From Methanotrichaceae archaeon (GTDB lineage Archaea > Halobacteriota > Methanosarcinia > Methanotrichales > Methanotrichaceae), in contig CAVWIG010000028.1 in assembly GCA_963754945.1 (NCBI GenBank), positions 128,001-192,000 on the forward strand: DNA of 64,000 nt, given 5' to 3'. A program made the position numbers and the translations under genes. Below the pieces are notes generated by a model. The model saw only the letters and a program-made list of their open reading frames with translations, ran no database searches and was not told the origin of the DNA. Numbering within the stretch: position 1 is the first letter of the stretch; each line of letters begins with the position of its first letter. Positions 1 to 10,957 of this stretch are shown here, piece by piece.

Positions 1-194
1 AAAAATTGGAGAAATTAGTATGGACTAATTAGAATATCCGACTGATAAATTTAATCGGTATGCGTACTGAATCGAATGGCAGTTAAATTGACTTAATTGA
101 GAAATAATTTAAAAAGTTAAACGGCGGCTACCGCGAAGCAACTGAGGGCATCCAAGGTGCCGCCGCATGAAAGTGGAATCAGTTAAGCCAGATC

Positions 195-345
195 CATTCC
201 AGAGTTGAAAGATGTCCGTGGTAGTAGGAGCACATCCAAAGGAGGGCAAAGGATGAGAAGTTGTGAGCAGCGCCTCTTAGGTGCAAGGAAATATGGCGTC
301 AGGTCGGCAATGCCAATATCCAGGGCTTGGAAACTGTGCCACCCA
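195..345 (+). pseudogene. dinB: DNA polymerase IV (DinB) N-terminal remnant
   Basis: Across frames it reads PELK..VVVGAHPKEGKG*EVVSSAS*/ARKYGVRSAMPISRAWKLC, matching the Y-family motif VVS(T/S)ASYEARKYGVRSAM; contains stops and frameshifts. Confidence 0.75.
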
Positions 346-538
346 TCTCAGGTTTATGGAGGACTTGAATCGATCCCAGCCTTCTATCTTAGAAAAAATT
401 TAAATTCATTCAAGAGGCATGATATCTTGATGAGAGGCCGATTTGAGTTCACGATCTTGTTCATTTCCACCTGCAGACTTTCTGATCTGAGTATCGATGG
501 CAGTGAGTCAACTTCGAGTTTATAAAGATGGTGTTTAT

Positions 539-1756
539 ATGAAGCTACATATTCTCGTAGTAATCCTGCTGATGGTGGGAACTGCTGAGGCAACAACTCT
601 TAAGGTCTGTCCCAGCGGATGCGACTACACCAGTATACAGACAGCAATAAAGTATGCAGATCCTGGCGATATCATCAATGTGTCGGAAGGAACTTATAAA
701 GAAAATATTGTGACCACCAAGCCAATCACAATAAATGGCGCTGGTATGGGTCATACTTATCTCGATGGCTCATATTCCGGTCCGGTGTTCACGATCGGCC
801 CTGGACCATCCTCGATTGGTCCGCTGATCGTATCGTTATCAGATATGACCATTGAACATGGCAAGGCAGATTTTGGCGGAGGGATTTACAACCAAGGCAG
901 TGGTTGGAACGAAGGCGATAGTGTAATAACGTTGACTGAATGCAATGTTACGCACAATGTGGCAAACGAGGGCGGCGGTGGGATTTGGAATGGCAGAGGT
1001 CTCATAAGATTAAATAGCAGCACCATAACCGCCAATATGGCGACACATCCAGGAGAACAAGGTGGTAGCGGGGGCGGCATTTACGACGATTCTTTGGCAA
1101 CGCTGAACATTAATGCTAATAGCTCCATAACAAATAATACGGCAGTCTACAGCGGCGGCGGAATTTCTAGTCAGGGAAGGGTGAACCTGAATAGTGGCAT
1201 CATAACTGGAAACAGGGCAGCGATCGGAGGGGGTGTTTACACCAATCTAGTGATAAACATGACTGGAGGTTCTATTTCCAATAACTCCGCAAATGTGGGA
1301 GGGGGCGTTTACAATGACCAGTCAGGAGGATTTGTAACGCTACAACTAAACTTGACCGGCGGATCGATTGACCATAACTATGCAGAAACCTATGGCGGAG
1401 GTATTTATAATAACCAGGGGTTGGTGAATCTGACCGGGACCTCGATTGACCATAACCGTGCCAGAATGTTCGGAGGTGGAGGCATTTATAATAACCTCGG
1501 CTGGGTGAATCTGAACGGCAGCTCGATAAGCAACAACCATGCTGGAAGCTATGGCGGAGGCATTTATGATAACGTCGATACCGGCTCAGGGCTCTACAGC
1601 ACTGTGAACCTTATCAGTGGCTCTATAGATCATAACATAGCAAAGGCAAAGCTTTCAGGTGGTGGCATTTACAACGTATACGGCACAGTGATAACAGGCA
1701 ACAGAAGCTTGGTGCACGAAAATACTCCGGATCAAATCAGAACCGTAGGATCGTAA
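539..1756 (+). CDS. Secreted pectin-lyase-like beta-helix / polymorphic membrane protein-like surface protein
   Basis: Signal peptide MKLHILVVILLMVGTAEA, YTSIQTAI..GTYKENI cap, many N.A..GGGIYN repeats; the ORF track starts at 497 but ATG 539 fits the signal peptide. Confidence 0.8.
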   Translation: MKLHILVVILLMVGTAEATTLKVCPSGCDYTSIQTAIKYADPGDIINVSEGTYKENIVTTKPITINGAGMGHTYLDGSYSGPVFTIGPGPSSIGPLIVSLSDMTIEHGKADFGGGIYNQGSGWNEGDSVITLTECNVTHNVANEGGGGIWNGRGLIRLNSSTITANMATHPGEQGGSGGGIYDDSLATLNINANSSITNNTAVYSGGGISSQGRVNLNSGIITGNRAAIGGGVYTNLVINMTGGSISNNSANVGGGVYNDQSGGFVTLQLNLTGGSIDHNYAETYGGGIYNNQGLVNLTGTSIDHNRARMFGGGGIYNNLGWVNLNGSSISNNHAGSYGGGIYDNVDTGSGLYSTVNLISGSIDHNIAKAKLSGGGIYNVYGTVITGNRSLVHENTPDQIRTVGS

Positions 1757-1768
1757 TTGAGCCTAAGT

Positions 1769-1810
1769 AGTGGAGAGCTCAACAGCTCTCCACTCGGCTA
1801 AACTTTTCTT
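1769..1810 (+). terminator. Hairpin followed by a T-rich tract downstream of the beta-helix gene
   Basis: AGTGGAGAGCT-caac-AGCTCTCCACT perfect 11-bp stem, then aacttttcttt. Confidence 0.55.
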
Positions 1811-1813
1811 TGA

Positions 1814-3730
1814 CCGGAGTTTATAAGATCTTTTAAAAAACGGTCGTTACATGTTGAAAGATGTAGGGTCTAAGGAAGAATTAATTCATTCTGGAAGATA
1901 TTGGCCGAGTTGGAGTTTGCTGAAGACGTCTGCAGTATTTTTGTTCATGTCTTCGACCACAAAATCGAATTTCGTTCTGCTCGCTTCATGAGCTTCTGCG
2001 TTGTAGATAACACCAAGCCTTACTTGATCCAAATAGTGTGCCAATCGTTCTATCGATAATTCGGAATCATTAATAACATAGAGCAGATAATTATATAATA
2101 AGATTCCGACGACACATAAGAACACATGTGCCCTGATTTTACTATCTTTGCGGACATACGTTGGTTTCAAGGGTATCAACAATCGATCTTTTAACCATGC
2201 GATATCCGTTTCAATTTGGTTGCGCGAATCATACAATTCCGATATCTGGCGCGAAGTTAATTCCATCATATCCGTAAATATGACGGTTTTTCCCATAGAA
2301 GATACATGCTCTTGGATGCGAGTTTCGTTCAGCTGGAAATCGAGCTGCAACTTTCGATCTACTTCGACAACCTTATAATCAAATAAACCGCGATATTGCT
2401 TTGGAATTGCATCTACAACCCGATTGATCAGACCCTTTGGAGTCAATTTTCTACCTTTGCCATTTCTGTTTAATTTTAATTTTATATTCTCTATATCATT
2501 TAGAATTTCATCTTTAACTCGGTTCCATTCAGCTAGCTGTTTTTGTTGAGTTCGTTCGTTATATCTAATTATTCCTATAAAATCATGACTATACCAGCGT
2601 TTTGCTGTTCGATAGGCCCTTAAGGGATTTTCATGGGCGTTCGTCCAAGTCTCATTGAATTCCGAAATCGGAATCTGAAAGAGTTCTTTGCACATCGACT
2701 CAGGCAAGGAACCGACAACATGCATTCGCTCCACTGCTTTTTGAATATTTTCTGTCGAATTCATACCCCGATCAAATATTATCGCGATGTCTTTTGCAGG
2801 AATATCGATATCATGAAGCCTTTTGCAGATACCATCAATCAGACCAGAGAATAATTGTGTATCGTTCTTATTTGCAGGATATACAAATGAGTTGAACGGA
2901 ATATTATGATCCGATGTGGTCAATCCTATTCCGATCAGATTCTTATCGTATCTCTTCTCTTTTGAGTTCCCTTTTTGTGGTAAGTTTTCACCATGATTGA
3001 TATGAGTATAAAAATTCGTGGTGTCAAATATCAGTCGTGTAGGTTTAAGTCCGCGTTTGATCAAGGTACGAGATATATCAAGTTCGATGTTCTGAATGGT
3101 TTTTTCATCTAATTCATTCATATAATTGAGAAAGTTTTGACTAGAGAGTTTATATTTCGGATTCCAAAAGAATTGAAGCGAACTTTCTTTGAAGTATTCA
3201 TCGAGAACGTTCCTACTTAAGGCATGCTCAGATCTACCTATGATTATCAGAAGAAGGTATTGTGCAGGAGTAAGGCCACCGAGCTTCTTTCGATCAATAT
3301 TTCGGTTTATGCTATCCGTCAAACCTACTTCTTCAGCGGCCTTTATGAAGGCGGCAGGTTTCCCAAAAGAAAAAGAAGCAATATGGGCGGGCTTTTTCAA
3401 AGAAAAAAGATCATTGACTTTATCAGGAGATCCTACGCATTTTTGCATCACTTGGACTACCTTTCCATTTATGCGTTGGTTCTCGATGAGATAGAGATAT
3501 TTGCGCCCTTTTATGGTCTTTATCTTGAAGTGCACAACATATATTAGACCCTACAAGTGGATAAATGTTTCGATCATCTAATTGATGATGAAACCAAAAA
3601 AATAGATTCAATAAGCGTGTTTATCATAAGATCACTAAACGACCATGCCACAAGAAAATATAAAAATTTGTTAGACCCTACAAGAAACGATACGTGCTGA
3701 TGGGCTGGGTCAATATTTTATAAACTTCGG
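1814..3730 (-). mobile_element. IS1634-family insertion sequence, complete
   Basis: Terminal IRs CCGGAGTTTATAAGAT (1814) and CCGAAGTTTATAAAAT (reverse complement ending 3730); 5-bp target duplication TTTGA at 1809-1813 and 3731-3735. Confidence 0.9.
1886..3535 (-). CDS. IS1634-family DDE transposase
   Basis: N-terminal KTIKGRKYLYLIENQRINGK, FDTTNFY, GNSKEKRYD, IIFDRGM, Y..R.QIE, IRAHVFLC motifs. Confidence 0.9.
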   Translation of the reverse strand: MHFKIKTIKGRKYLYLIENQRINGKVVQVMQKCVGSPDKVNDLFSLKKPAHIASFSFGKPAAFIKAAEEVGLTDSINRNIDRKKLGGLTPAQYLLLIIIGRSEHALSRNVLDEYFKESSLQFFWNPKYKLSSQNFLNYMNELDEKTIQNIELDISRTLIKRGLKPTRLIFDTTNFYTHINHGENLPQKGNSKEKRYDKNLIGIGLTTSDHNIPFNSFVYPANKNDTQLFSGLIDGICKRLHDIDIPAKDIAIIFDRGMNSTENIQKAVERMHVVGSLPESMCKELFQIPISEFNETWTNAHENPLRAYRTAKRWYSHDFIGIIRYNERTQQKQLAEWNRVKDEILNDIENIKLKLNRNGKGRKLTPKGLINRVVDAIPKQYRGLFDYKVVEVDRKLQLDFQLNETRIQEHVSSMGKTVIFTDMMELTSRQISELYDSRNQIETDIAWLKDRLLIPLKPTYVRKDSKIRAHVFLCVVGILLYNYLLYVINDSELSIERLAHYLDQVRLGVIYNAEAHEASRTKFDFVVEDMNKNTADVFSKLQLGQYLPE

Positions 3731-3874
3731 TTTGAACATGAATATAGATATTCAGTTCTATCTCCAAAATAGCGCGATGGCGGAAAGACAGATCCGAGAT
3801 ATTTTGGAGTTGTTTCGGAATCTAGGCATCTGTTTGATGAGGAATGAAATAGTTTGAGAGAACTCTGGCAAAGC

Positions 3875-4318
3875 CTAACTCCTGATCTCGAAAGCATGCG
3901 TTTTATTTTCTTGATCCAATATGTCGCCTGAAGGCAACTTCAACTGAACGCTCTCATTGTACCAGCCGTCCGGAGCTCTAAGAGTCCCGTTTTGTCCTAC
4001 TAAATCGAGAGCTGTCGAGGTCGAACCATCCCATCTTGAAGTTCCAACATCAGGAAGCGTAAAATGTTCATCTTCTCTTGGTTTATACACCCTTCCATCC
4101 GACCCGGTGAATCTTACAATTAACCAAGCTTCTTGAGAGATAAAACCGTTATTGGAGATATTTACTTCGGTATTAATCGGGTTATAAATCCCGTATGTCC
4201 CATTTGGCCATTTAACTTCTTTCATGCACGCGCTAACATCACAGTGACCATCGTCGGCGGCTCCCTTCAGCGTTAGCGTGAGAAGCACCAAAACAACTGA
4301 CAACAAAGCTCGGTTCAT
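3875..4318 (-). CDS. Secreted hypothetical protein, possibly lamin-tail-domain-like Ig fold
   Basis: Signal peptide MNRALLSVVLVLLTLTLKGAA; IYNPINTEVNIS and VQLKLPSGDILDQ resemble lamin-tail domain motifs. Confidence 0.5.
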   Translation of the reverse strand: MNRALLSVVLVLLTLTLKGAADDGHCDVSACMKEVKWPNGTYGIYNPINTEVNISNNGFISQEAWLIVRFTGSDGRVYKPREDEHFTLPDVGTSRWDGSTSTALDLVGQNGTLRAPDGWYNESVQLKLPSGDILDQENKTHAFEIRS

Positions 4319-4466
4319 AAATATCACCTGATGATTCTAATTATTATGGGTCTTCTACTATTATAAATTTTAGTTTCTACAGTTGGCCGAATCCGGACCT
4401 GCGGACTCGGCTGGTATTCTCATCCCCGTTTGTACCTCGAAACTCCAAGTTTTAGTATGGAGAAGC

Positions 4467-4802
4467 TCAAGACTTTATCATCACCAATAGCATTTTGAAT
4501 TTGCTCAACGCTTTAAGGGCATGAGGCTCATTGGCAGGCAAGATCACGACCTCCCCTTGATTCAGATGGTAAGATTTGCCAGAGATACTAAACTCGACTT
4601 CTCCATCCACAACATACACAAGCGCATCAAATGGAGCGGTGTGCTCGCTTAGCCCCTGACCTACATCAAAAGCGAATAGTGTTACCGTACCAGTGCTCTT
4701 GCGAATTATCTCTCGGCTCACAACCGAGCCATCCTGATAGTTCACCAAATCCTTCAGCGGCTCTACTTTCGGCTGGCTGTTAATATTCTCTTTTTCTGTC
4801 AT
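4467..4802 (-). CDS. Cupin domain protein
   Basis: GQGLSEHTAPFDALVYVVDG ... LPANEPHAL cupin motifs. Confidence 0.9.
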   Translation of the reverse strand: MTEKENINSQPKVEPLKDLVNYQDGSVVSREIIRKSTGTVTLFAFDVGQGLSEHTAPFDALVYVVDGEVEFSISGKSYHLNQGEVVILPANEPHALKALSKFKMLLVMIKS

Positions 4803-5517
4803 TACTGCCCCCTCTTTGTGGCTTTAATGATGAACTCATTCCGATTGTTCATCGGGCCAAACACAACCTTCTTGAATTAGTTAGAGCCATGAAACTATTA
4901 AAATCTTGGTCTGAAAGCGGCTTTCCCCAAGCTATTTGACAGGAGAAACCTCTCCGGGGCCAGCTTCGTGAGAGGAATCTGATCGCTTGCAGCGTTCACG
5001 TCTGCGACCATACGATCACGTTAAAAACTTCGCGTTTTCTGGCCCTTCTGTACTATGATCTTTTGCAAGCCCGCCATTTAACTATGGTGGAATCGCTATG
5101 TTGAACCGTATTTGGAACTTAGCGAACCAATAAGGAACCAAAAAACGCACTTATTATATTGATTTATTTTAAATGTCTTCACAGAGAACAGCGAGTAATA
5201 GTATGTTGAGAGATAGTGCTCACCGGCCTGGGATTACTTCAGAGTTAGCCTTCGTTCGCCTTTATTCATTTGACTGCGCAGAGCTACGATGATTAACCAC
5301 TTATCATGCAACAGAAATATAAACATGGGAATCTATTAGGAAGCCAGTATTACCACCTCGTTCTCCGCGTGTCTTGGCTTTATATGCTTTTTTATAAAAT
5401 ATTTTTTTGATCCAAACAACCAGATCCCGCATTTACCTGGCGAAAGCGACTCGCCGGTGTGATACGTTCCGAAGACCATCACTTTATTACCTGGCTTAAT
5501 TCTCGGATCAGAAAAAC

Positions 5518-6788
5518 GGTAGTGTGCCGAGATTTCTGTAATTTGGAGTTGCCCTGTATCCCAACATACTCAATCAGCATCCATAGATAAATACTTTTTA
5601 GCGGTCAGCCATTCTTCGTTGATATCGATGAGGATCGAAACCCCTAACCTCATGAACGAGCTCTCACTTGGGAAGGCACCGACTACCCTGGATCTTCTTT
5701 TCAGCTCCTTGTTGATCCTCTCCAGCCCGTTTGTAGTCCGAATCCTTCTCCAGTGACCTCTGGGGAATGCCCTGTAATTCCACAGACTGAATCTGAAGCG
5801 GTCGATAGTGTCAGCAGATTTCGCATAACCTCTTTCCCTCAATTCTTTCGCTAAGTCCTGTATCTTGATTTCGTCTTCCAGAGCGATCTTGATCTTATCG
5901 GCGATCTCCTTATGATACTTCTTGGCAACGTTTCTCAAGACCGCTCTTGAAAAGTGAACGTGACACATTTGCCATGAAGCACCAAGAAATGATTTCTCAA
6001 CCGCTTTCTGGATTCCCTTATGACCATCTGATATCACGAGCTTTACTCCGGACAACCCACGATCCGCCAGATCTTGAAATAATCCCGACCAGAAGAGTTC
6101 ATCTTCACTGTCAGCTATTCTTGCGCCAAGTATCTCGCGATAACCGTCATCTCTAACACCTGTGACGATCATGAAAGCTTTGGTAACATATCTTGATTCT
6201 GTTCTTACTTTGAAGTAGCTTGCATCTACATAAAGATAAGGAATAGGACGTTCGATAGGTTTCTTCAGGAATTCTTCTACCTTCTCGTCAAGCTCTTTGG
6301 ATATCCTGGAAACGCTAGAGGCAGATAAATTCTCGATGCCAAATCGAGAGACAATATCTTGGATTCTCCTGGTTGAAACCCCCTGGAGATACGATTCGAG
6401 TACAGCGTTGACCAAAGCCTTCTCTACGCGCGAAAATCTGTCGAACACCTTGGTTTCGAAGGAAATTTCACGGAATTGAGGTTTCTTGAGTCGGAGCTCT
6501 CCAACTCGCGTCTTCAGAGATCTTTCCTTGTAGCCATTCCTATGTGCCTTTCGGGATTCGACTCTCTGATACGGTTCTGCATCTGCCTGTTGCGCCGCTT
6601 CTAGCTGCATTACAAGGTTCAAGAACCAGGTCAGAAGCTTCTTTAGTCCATCTTCCTGATCGATAAGGTAATCTTCCAAGAGTGCTATGGGTATCATGGT
6701 CCTGTGTCCTCCTTTTCTCAAGATTGGATAGGATACAGGGCCGATAATCATTCTTATTATCAAAGTACAGAAAAATCGTTACACTGCC
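5518..6788 (-). mobile_element. IS256-family insertion sequence, complete
   Basis: IRs GGTAGTGTGCCGAGATTTCTGTAATTT / GGCAGTGTAACGATTTTTCTGTACTTT; 8-bp target duplication AGAAAAAC at 5510-5517 and 6789-6796. Confidence 0.93.
5570..6697 (-). CDS. IS256-family (mutator-type) transposase
   Basis: RNGYKER, GVSTR, YLYVDA, VISDGHKG, WQMCHVH, TTNGLERINKELKRR motifs. Confidence 0.95.
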   Translation of the reverse strand: MIPIALLEDYLIDQEDGLKKLLTWFLNLVMQLEAAQQADAEPYQRVESRKAHRNGYKERSLKTRVGELRLKKPQFREISFETKVFDRFSRVEKALVNAVLESYLQGVSTRRIQDIVSRFGIENLSASSVSRISKELDEKVEEFLKKPIERPIPYLYVDASYFKVRTESRYVTKAFMIVTGVRDDGYREILGARIADSEDELFWSGLFQDLADRGLSGVKLVISDGHKGIQKAVEKSFLGASWQMCHVHFSRAVLRNVAKKYHKEIADKIKIALEDEIKIQDLAKELRERGYAKSADTIDRFRFSLWNYRAFPRGHWRRIRTTNGLERINKELKRRSRVVGAFPSESSFMRLGVSILIDINEEWLTAKKYLSMDAD

Positions 6789-8007
6789 AGAAAAACCCCA
6801 TGGTATCGGAGAAATGGGTGCAAATGTCGTCACATTTATCACCCTGCTGCAAGGCCGAGGACCGAATATAACATGATCTACCTTTATGGTCCAATAAGAT
6901 CCGCCGCCGAAGCCAGATGGTTTGTGAAAAGCAAGTGCAGTTCCAACCAGTTTGATCTCCGTAGGGGCTTCCTTTAAGTAGAAATCCTCAGATCCATGTA
7001 GTGTAATCACGCTGTTAGATTCAATTGCACCAAAGACCCAAACTCTATCACCTGCCTTCAATCCTGGATCCACTTTCCCCCATGGTGGCGGAATTGACTG
7101 GAATGTCTTCACCTTTACGCAGGGTGTGATGTTTTGCGGGCCAACCTGTATCTCATCCACTTTGACGGTCCAGTAGCTCGGCGCACCAGGCACGGTTCCC
7201 TGATGGAATTCGCATAAAGTGCCAATGAAGTAGACCGCTGAAGACCCAGCATTTTGACCTTCGGCAGACGTGTTATGATCGTCAATAGTCGATTGGGCCG
7301 ATCCCACAAACAGAGCTAAGGCTAAAAAGAGACTCATCCATGCAGTTAACTCGATTCTCTTCATAACATCTCCCCAAACTTCTGAAGTATATGAGATCTA
7401 TGAGATAAATACTTTTCACTGTTTTATTTATGTGATGCCAAATGATGAGGTCCGTTAGTTCCTCGCACATGAAATCAATTTATCTGATAGACACATTCCT
7501 GTAAATAGAAAACGTAACTCTTATCGAGGCGTGTTTCGGACCACGAACCCGATAAAACCCGACCACAAAGACAGAATAAACAGCTAAACCGGATTTACAG
7601 CTAGCTCTGCTATGGGCGTAGAACTCGACGCTGAATACAATAATTATTGACAAATTTTATGCATAATTCAGAGATGTATGATTGTCCCGAAACGTATGAA
7701 CAGCGGTATTCCAAAGGTGCAAAATTAGAACTAGCTGCTGGATAAACTGGAATGAGGCGCTGGTGGCAACCGTTGGCAAGCCCGCCATTCAATTCGACTA
7801 CACGTCAATTCTGTTTGGAGATCTTGCTTCCAAACTTCAGATCAAGAATTACGTAATTTATTGAGGGATATAACGAAGGTTCTTGCCTGCAGATTTCCAG
7901 CCCTTCTGAAAATGATTTGCTTTCTACTTGTGCACATCAACCAACGACATACTTCTTATTTTCGAAACCCTTATAGGGGCCGGTAAAGTCTTGACATAAG
8001 TCCTTGC

Positions 8008-9201
8008 TCAGGAAAAATCGGCCAGGCTGGCCTGAGCTGTTCCTGTCGCCAGTTTTGTGTACGGCTTCCATTTGCCCATTGGCGTGGCAATCCTTCTTCC
8101 CATCTCCCCCAGGGCCTCTTTCAGCGTGGTGAACCTCTTGGGCAGAGCCATCATGGCCTTTCGCGCCACTTCCCTGACCACCCACACGCCCAGAGGAGCC
8201 CAGTAATCCTCGGAGATCTCCCGGACGGCCAGTACGGATGCTTGCCTTCCCATCGCCGCCAGCCGCTCCAAAACAGCCAGACGAGCTGCATAGTAGCCGC
8301 CAGCCAGGGAGCTGTAATCCTTCTTGCCCCTCGGCCCTTCGCTGTCCGATCCGATGAAACCGTCCGGAGACCAGACCGATCTAGGCATCCATATCTCTAC
8401 CAGCTCGAAGCTGTAGGCTCCTGGAAGGAAAAGGATCTCGAAGTGGTTGCCCAGATCCTCCCCAGAGTAAAGCTGATAGCCGCCGATGAATGGCTTGTCG
8501 AGGACAGCCTCCTTCAGGGACTTTCCTATCATGTCGTCCGAGGCTGTGATGGACCATCTTGTGGGAACTAGCCTTCTATCCTTGCCCATTAGCCCAAGGG
8601 AGAGGAGCCTTGAGATGTGATCCACATTAATGCCCGAGGAGTAAAGTTCAGCCGCCGCAGTAGCTGCACCAGTGGCAGGGTCCTCCACAATCCTGTCTAC
8701 CTTTCTGGGGATGACAGGGTTTGTGGTTATCTCCATCTCCTTTAGCACGCCCGCCGGACCTGTGGGAGAAAGCACTCCGTCAAAACGTAGGCTCCCTCGC
8801 GGCGGCTTCAAAAAAATTACCTCAGTCCCTACTGGCGCTGAGGACATAGCTATCTGCTGTGCAGTCTCAAGCAGCCTTCCCGGCTCCCTGGCCTCATGCA
8901 CGCCGATCCTCGCCTCCGATCTGACTAGAGATGCCCTATGAGCTATTATCTCCCCGATGTCCATACCCAAAGATGGCATGCTTTGCTCCTGCACGGGCTC
9001 TCCGGCTGGTATCATGGGTCCGGCTCTGACTATCGGGTAGCCGTGTCGGCCAACGAAGACTTCCGGGGGCGAGAATCCCTCGATGGACAGGCCGATCTTT
9101 GGCAGAGCCGCTATCTCCTCGAACCTCCTCAGAATGGGACAGACCAGCCTGCCGCAGAACCCTCGGCCCTTGCAAGAGATGCACTGGCTCACACCTCTCA
9201 T
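8008..9201 (-). CDS. nreA: Nre-family archaeal DNA repair protein
   Basis: N-terminal CISCKGRGFCG..CP zinc motif, SPPEVFVGRHGYP, LVPTRWSITA, GGYYAARLAV, C-terminal PIP-like QASLADF. Confidence 0.9.
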   Translation of the reverse strand: MRGVSQCISCKGRGFCGRLVCPILRRFEEIAALPKIGLSIEGFSPPEVFVGRHGYPIVRAGPMIPAGEPVQEQSMPSLGMDIGEIIAHRASLVRSEARIGVHEAREPGRLLETAQQIAMSSAPVGTEVIFLKPPRGSLRFDGVLSPTGPAGVLKEMEITTNPVIPRKVDRIVEDPATGAATAAAELYSSGINVDHISRLLSLGLMGKDRRLVPTRWSITASDDMIGKSLKEAVLDKPFIGGYQLYSGEDLGNHFEILFLPGAYSFELVEIWMPRSVWSPDGFIGSDSEGPRGKKDYSSLAGGYYAARLAVLERLAAMGRQASVLAVREISEDYWAPLGVWVVREVARKAMMALPKRFTTLKEALGEMGRRIATPMGKWKPYTKLATGTAQASLADFS

Positions 9202-9237
9202 TAATCCTTTATAGGATATATCCGCTACCATTCTATC

Positions 9238-9576
9238 ATGGATGCTCTGATTCCGACCATCGCCCAGGATTATGCTACCGGCGAGGTGCTCATGCTGGCC
9301 TATATGAACGACGAAGCCCTGGCCAAGACCAGGGAGACCGGAAAGGCTCACTACTGGTCCAGGTCCAGGAAGAAGTTGTGGTTGAAAGGGGAAACCTCCG
9401 GAAACTTCCAGCTGGTCAGGGAGATCAGGATCGACTGCGATTACGATGCCATCCTCCTTCTCGTGGAGCAGAAGGGAGGGGCCTGTCACACTGGCTATCG
9501 GTCCTGCTTCTACCGAACTGTGGATGGAAAAATCGTAGGCGAGAAGATCTTCGAGCCAGAGGACGTCTATCGATGA
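9238..9576 (+). CDS. hisI: Phosphoribosyl-AMP cyclohydrolase
   Basis: [41 protein letters not shown]. Confidence 0.97.
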   Translation: MDALIPTIAQDYATGEVLMLAYMNDEALAKTRETGKAHYWSRSRKKLWLKGETSGNFQLVREIRIDCDYDAILLLVEQKGGACHTGYRSCFYRTVDGKIVGEKIFEPEDVYR

Positions 9577-10673
9577 CCTCTGAAGGCCGGTCCTATAGCC
9601 TGTTCAATCACCCGCTTCTTCAGGCCACATGCTCTTTGAAGGACGGCCGGATGACGACCGAGGCCCAGGGGCCTTTGTCGATTATGCCAGGTGTGAGGTC
9701 TGCAATGGGGATGATCGATGGACAGGTTCCCGCTCTTGCGGGAGAGAAGCTGTTCATATCCACCTGGACGCCTCCTGTGCCGAGCGTTGCATTTCAGAGA
9801 TTGGCCCAGAGCCAAATCAAGGCCGCTTTGGGCATAAGAACTCCTGATCAGGTAACCATCTCCATAACCGAGAAGTGCCCAAACAGGTGCATTCACTGCG
9901 CTCTGCCGGATTCTGGGAGACATCTACGGCTAGAGCCTGAAAAGATCAAAGAAATAATTTCTCAAATCCTGAAAATGGGAACTACCCTTGTGATCTTCGA
10001 TGGAGGAGAACCGACCACTTACAAAGAGCTTCCTGAGCTGGTAGCCTCGGTGGGTGATCGCGCCATATCCACGCTCTTCACCTCAGGCGCGGGCTTTAGC
10101 GAAACGCTAGCCGGACGGCTGAAGGAAGCCGGGCTTTATGCTGTCAACGTCAGCCTGGACAGCCCTGTCCCCGAGGAGCACGACGCAATGCGAGGTCGGT
10201 ACGGTGTCTTCCGGGATGCTATGCGGGCAGCGGAGTATGCAAAGGATGTCGGCCTGCTTGTGGATCTGTACGTAGTGATTCGGCATGATAATATACATCA
10301 CCTTCAGGAGTTCCACAATCTGGCTAAGAGAATAGACGCAAACGAACTGACTTTCTTCGAGGTTGTCTCGGTCGGTCGCTGGTCAGGCAGAACAGACGTG
10401 TCCCTCACCTCTGCGGATCAAGCAGCCCTGGGCAACTTTGTGTCCCGTTCGAGAGCCCCCAGAATCTTTTCAGTCCCCGCGGCACGGAAGCGTTTCGGCT
10501 GCTTCGCCGGGCGAACATGGTTGCACATTACCCCTGGCGGCGACGTCTACCCTTGTGCATGCATGCCTCAGTCCTTCGGCAGCATCTACCAGGAGCCGAT
10601 ATCCAAGATCTGGCAAAAGATGGCCAACCTTCCCTTCAAGGGCAGCAAGGTCTGTCCCATGCGTAAGAGTTGA
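9573..10673 (+). CDS. Radical SAM/SPASM-twitch domain protein
   Basis: CPNRCIHC motif, DGGEP, CFAG..GDVYPC; ATGA overlap with the hisI stop. Confidence 0.88.
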   Translation: MTSEGRSYSLFNHPLLQATCSLKDGRMTTEAQGPLSIMPGVRSAMGMIDGQVPALAGEKLFISTWTPPVPSVAFQRLAQSQIKAALGIRTPDQVTISITEKCPNRCIHCALPDSGRHLRLEPEKIKEIISQILKMGTTLVIFDGGEPTTYKELPELVASVGDRAISTLFTSGAGFSETLAGRLKEAGLYAVNVSLDSPVPEEHDAMRGRYGVFRDAMRAAEYAKDVGLLVDLYVVIRHDNIHHLQEFHNLAKRIDANELTFFEVVSVGRWSGRTDVSLTSADQAALGNFVSRSRAPRIFSVPAARKRFGCFAGRTWLHITPGGDVYPCACMPQSFGSIYQEPISKIWQKMANLPFKGSKVCPMRKS

Positions 10674-10957
10674 GTTCCAATGCCTTCGGATACGATACCC
10701 CATATTTCCCATTTCGAAATGTTGAGACGAATCAACAACTTCAATGATTGTCCCGATTATATTGATAGTTAATATTATATCCATTAATAGCAAACTATGT
10801 TTGCCACCATCGGTTAGAAAGACGCGAGCCGCAAAGAATTTATTTTCAATTTCCGGAAAAAATATCAATAAAATAGGGATTCAATCTGTGATCCGAGCTG
10901 ATGTAGATTTCTATTCCGTATTTGGATCACCAATAAATCTTATATAGGGCATTAGTC

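Larger units (their letters stand above)
5336..7364 (-). pseudogene. Secreted two-repeat protein interrupted by IS256
   Basis: The 5' part (7364-6789) rejoins in frame with the 3' part (5509-5336): PWGFS|DPRIKPGNKVMVFG...IWLFGSKKYFIKK, which mirrors repeat 1 PWGKVDPGLKAGDRVWVFG...TLHGSEDFYLKE. Confidence 0.85.

Noticed and set aside
6540-6788. C-terminal 83 codons of ORF 6540-7364
   Set aside because: Read-through into the IS256 end, not part of the native protein
7480-7940. Possible gene remnant or ncRNA between the split gene and nre
   Set aside because: Stops in the frames examined; no identifiable motif or structure
8008-10673. Long N-terminal extensions of ORFs 8008-9489 and 9099-10673
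   Set aside because: They overlap hisI; the real starts are about 9201 (nre) and 9573 (radical SAM)
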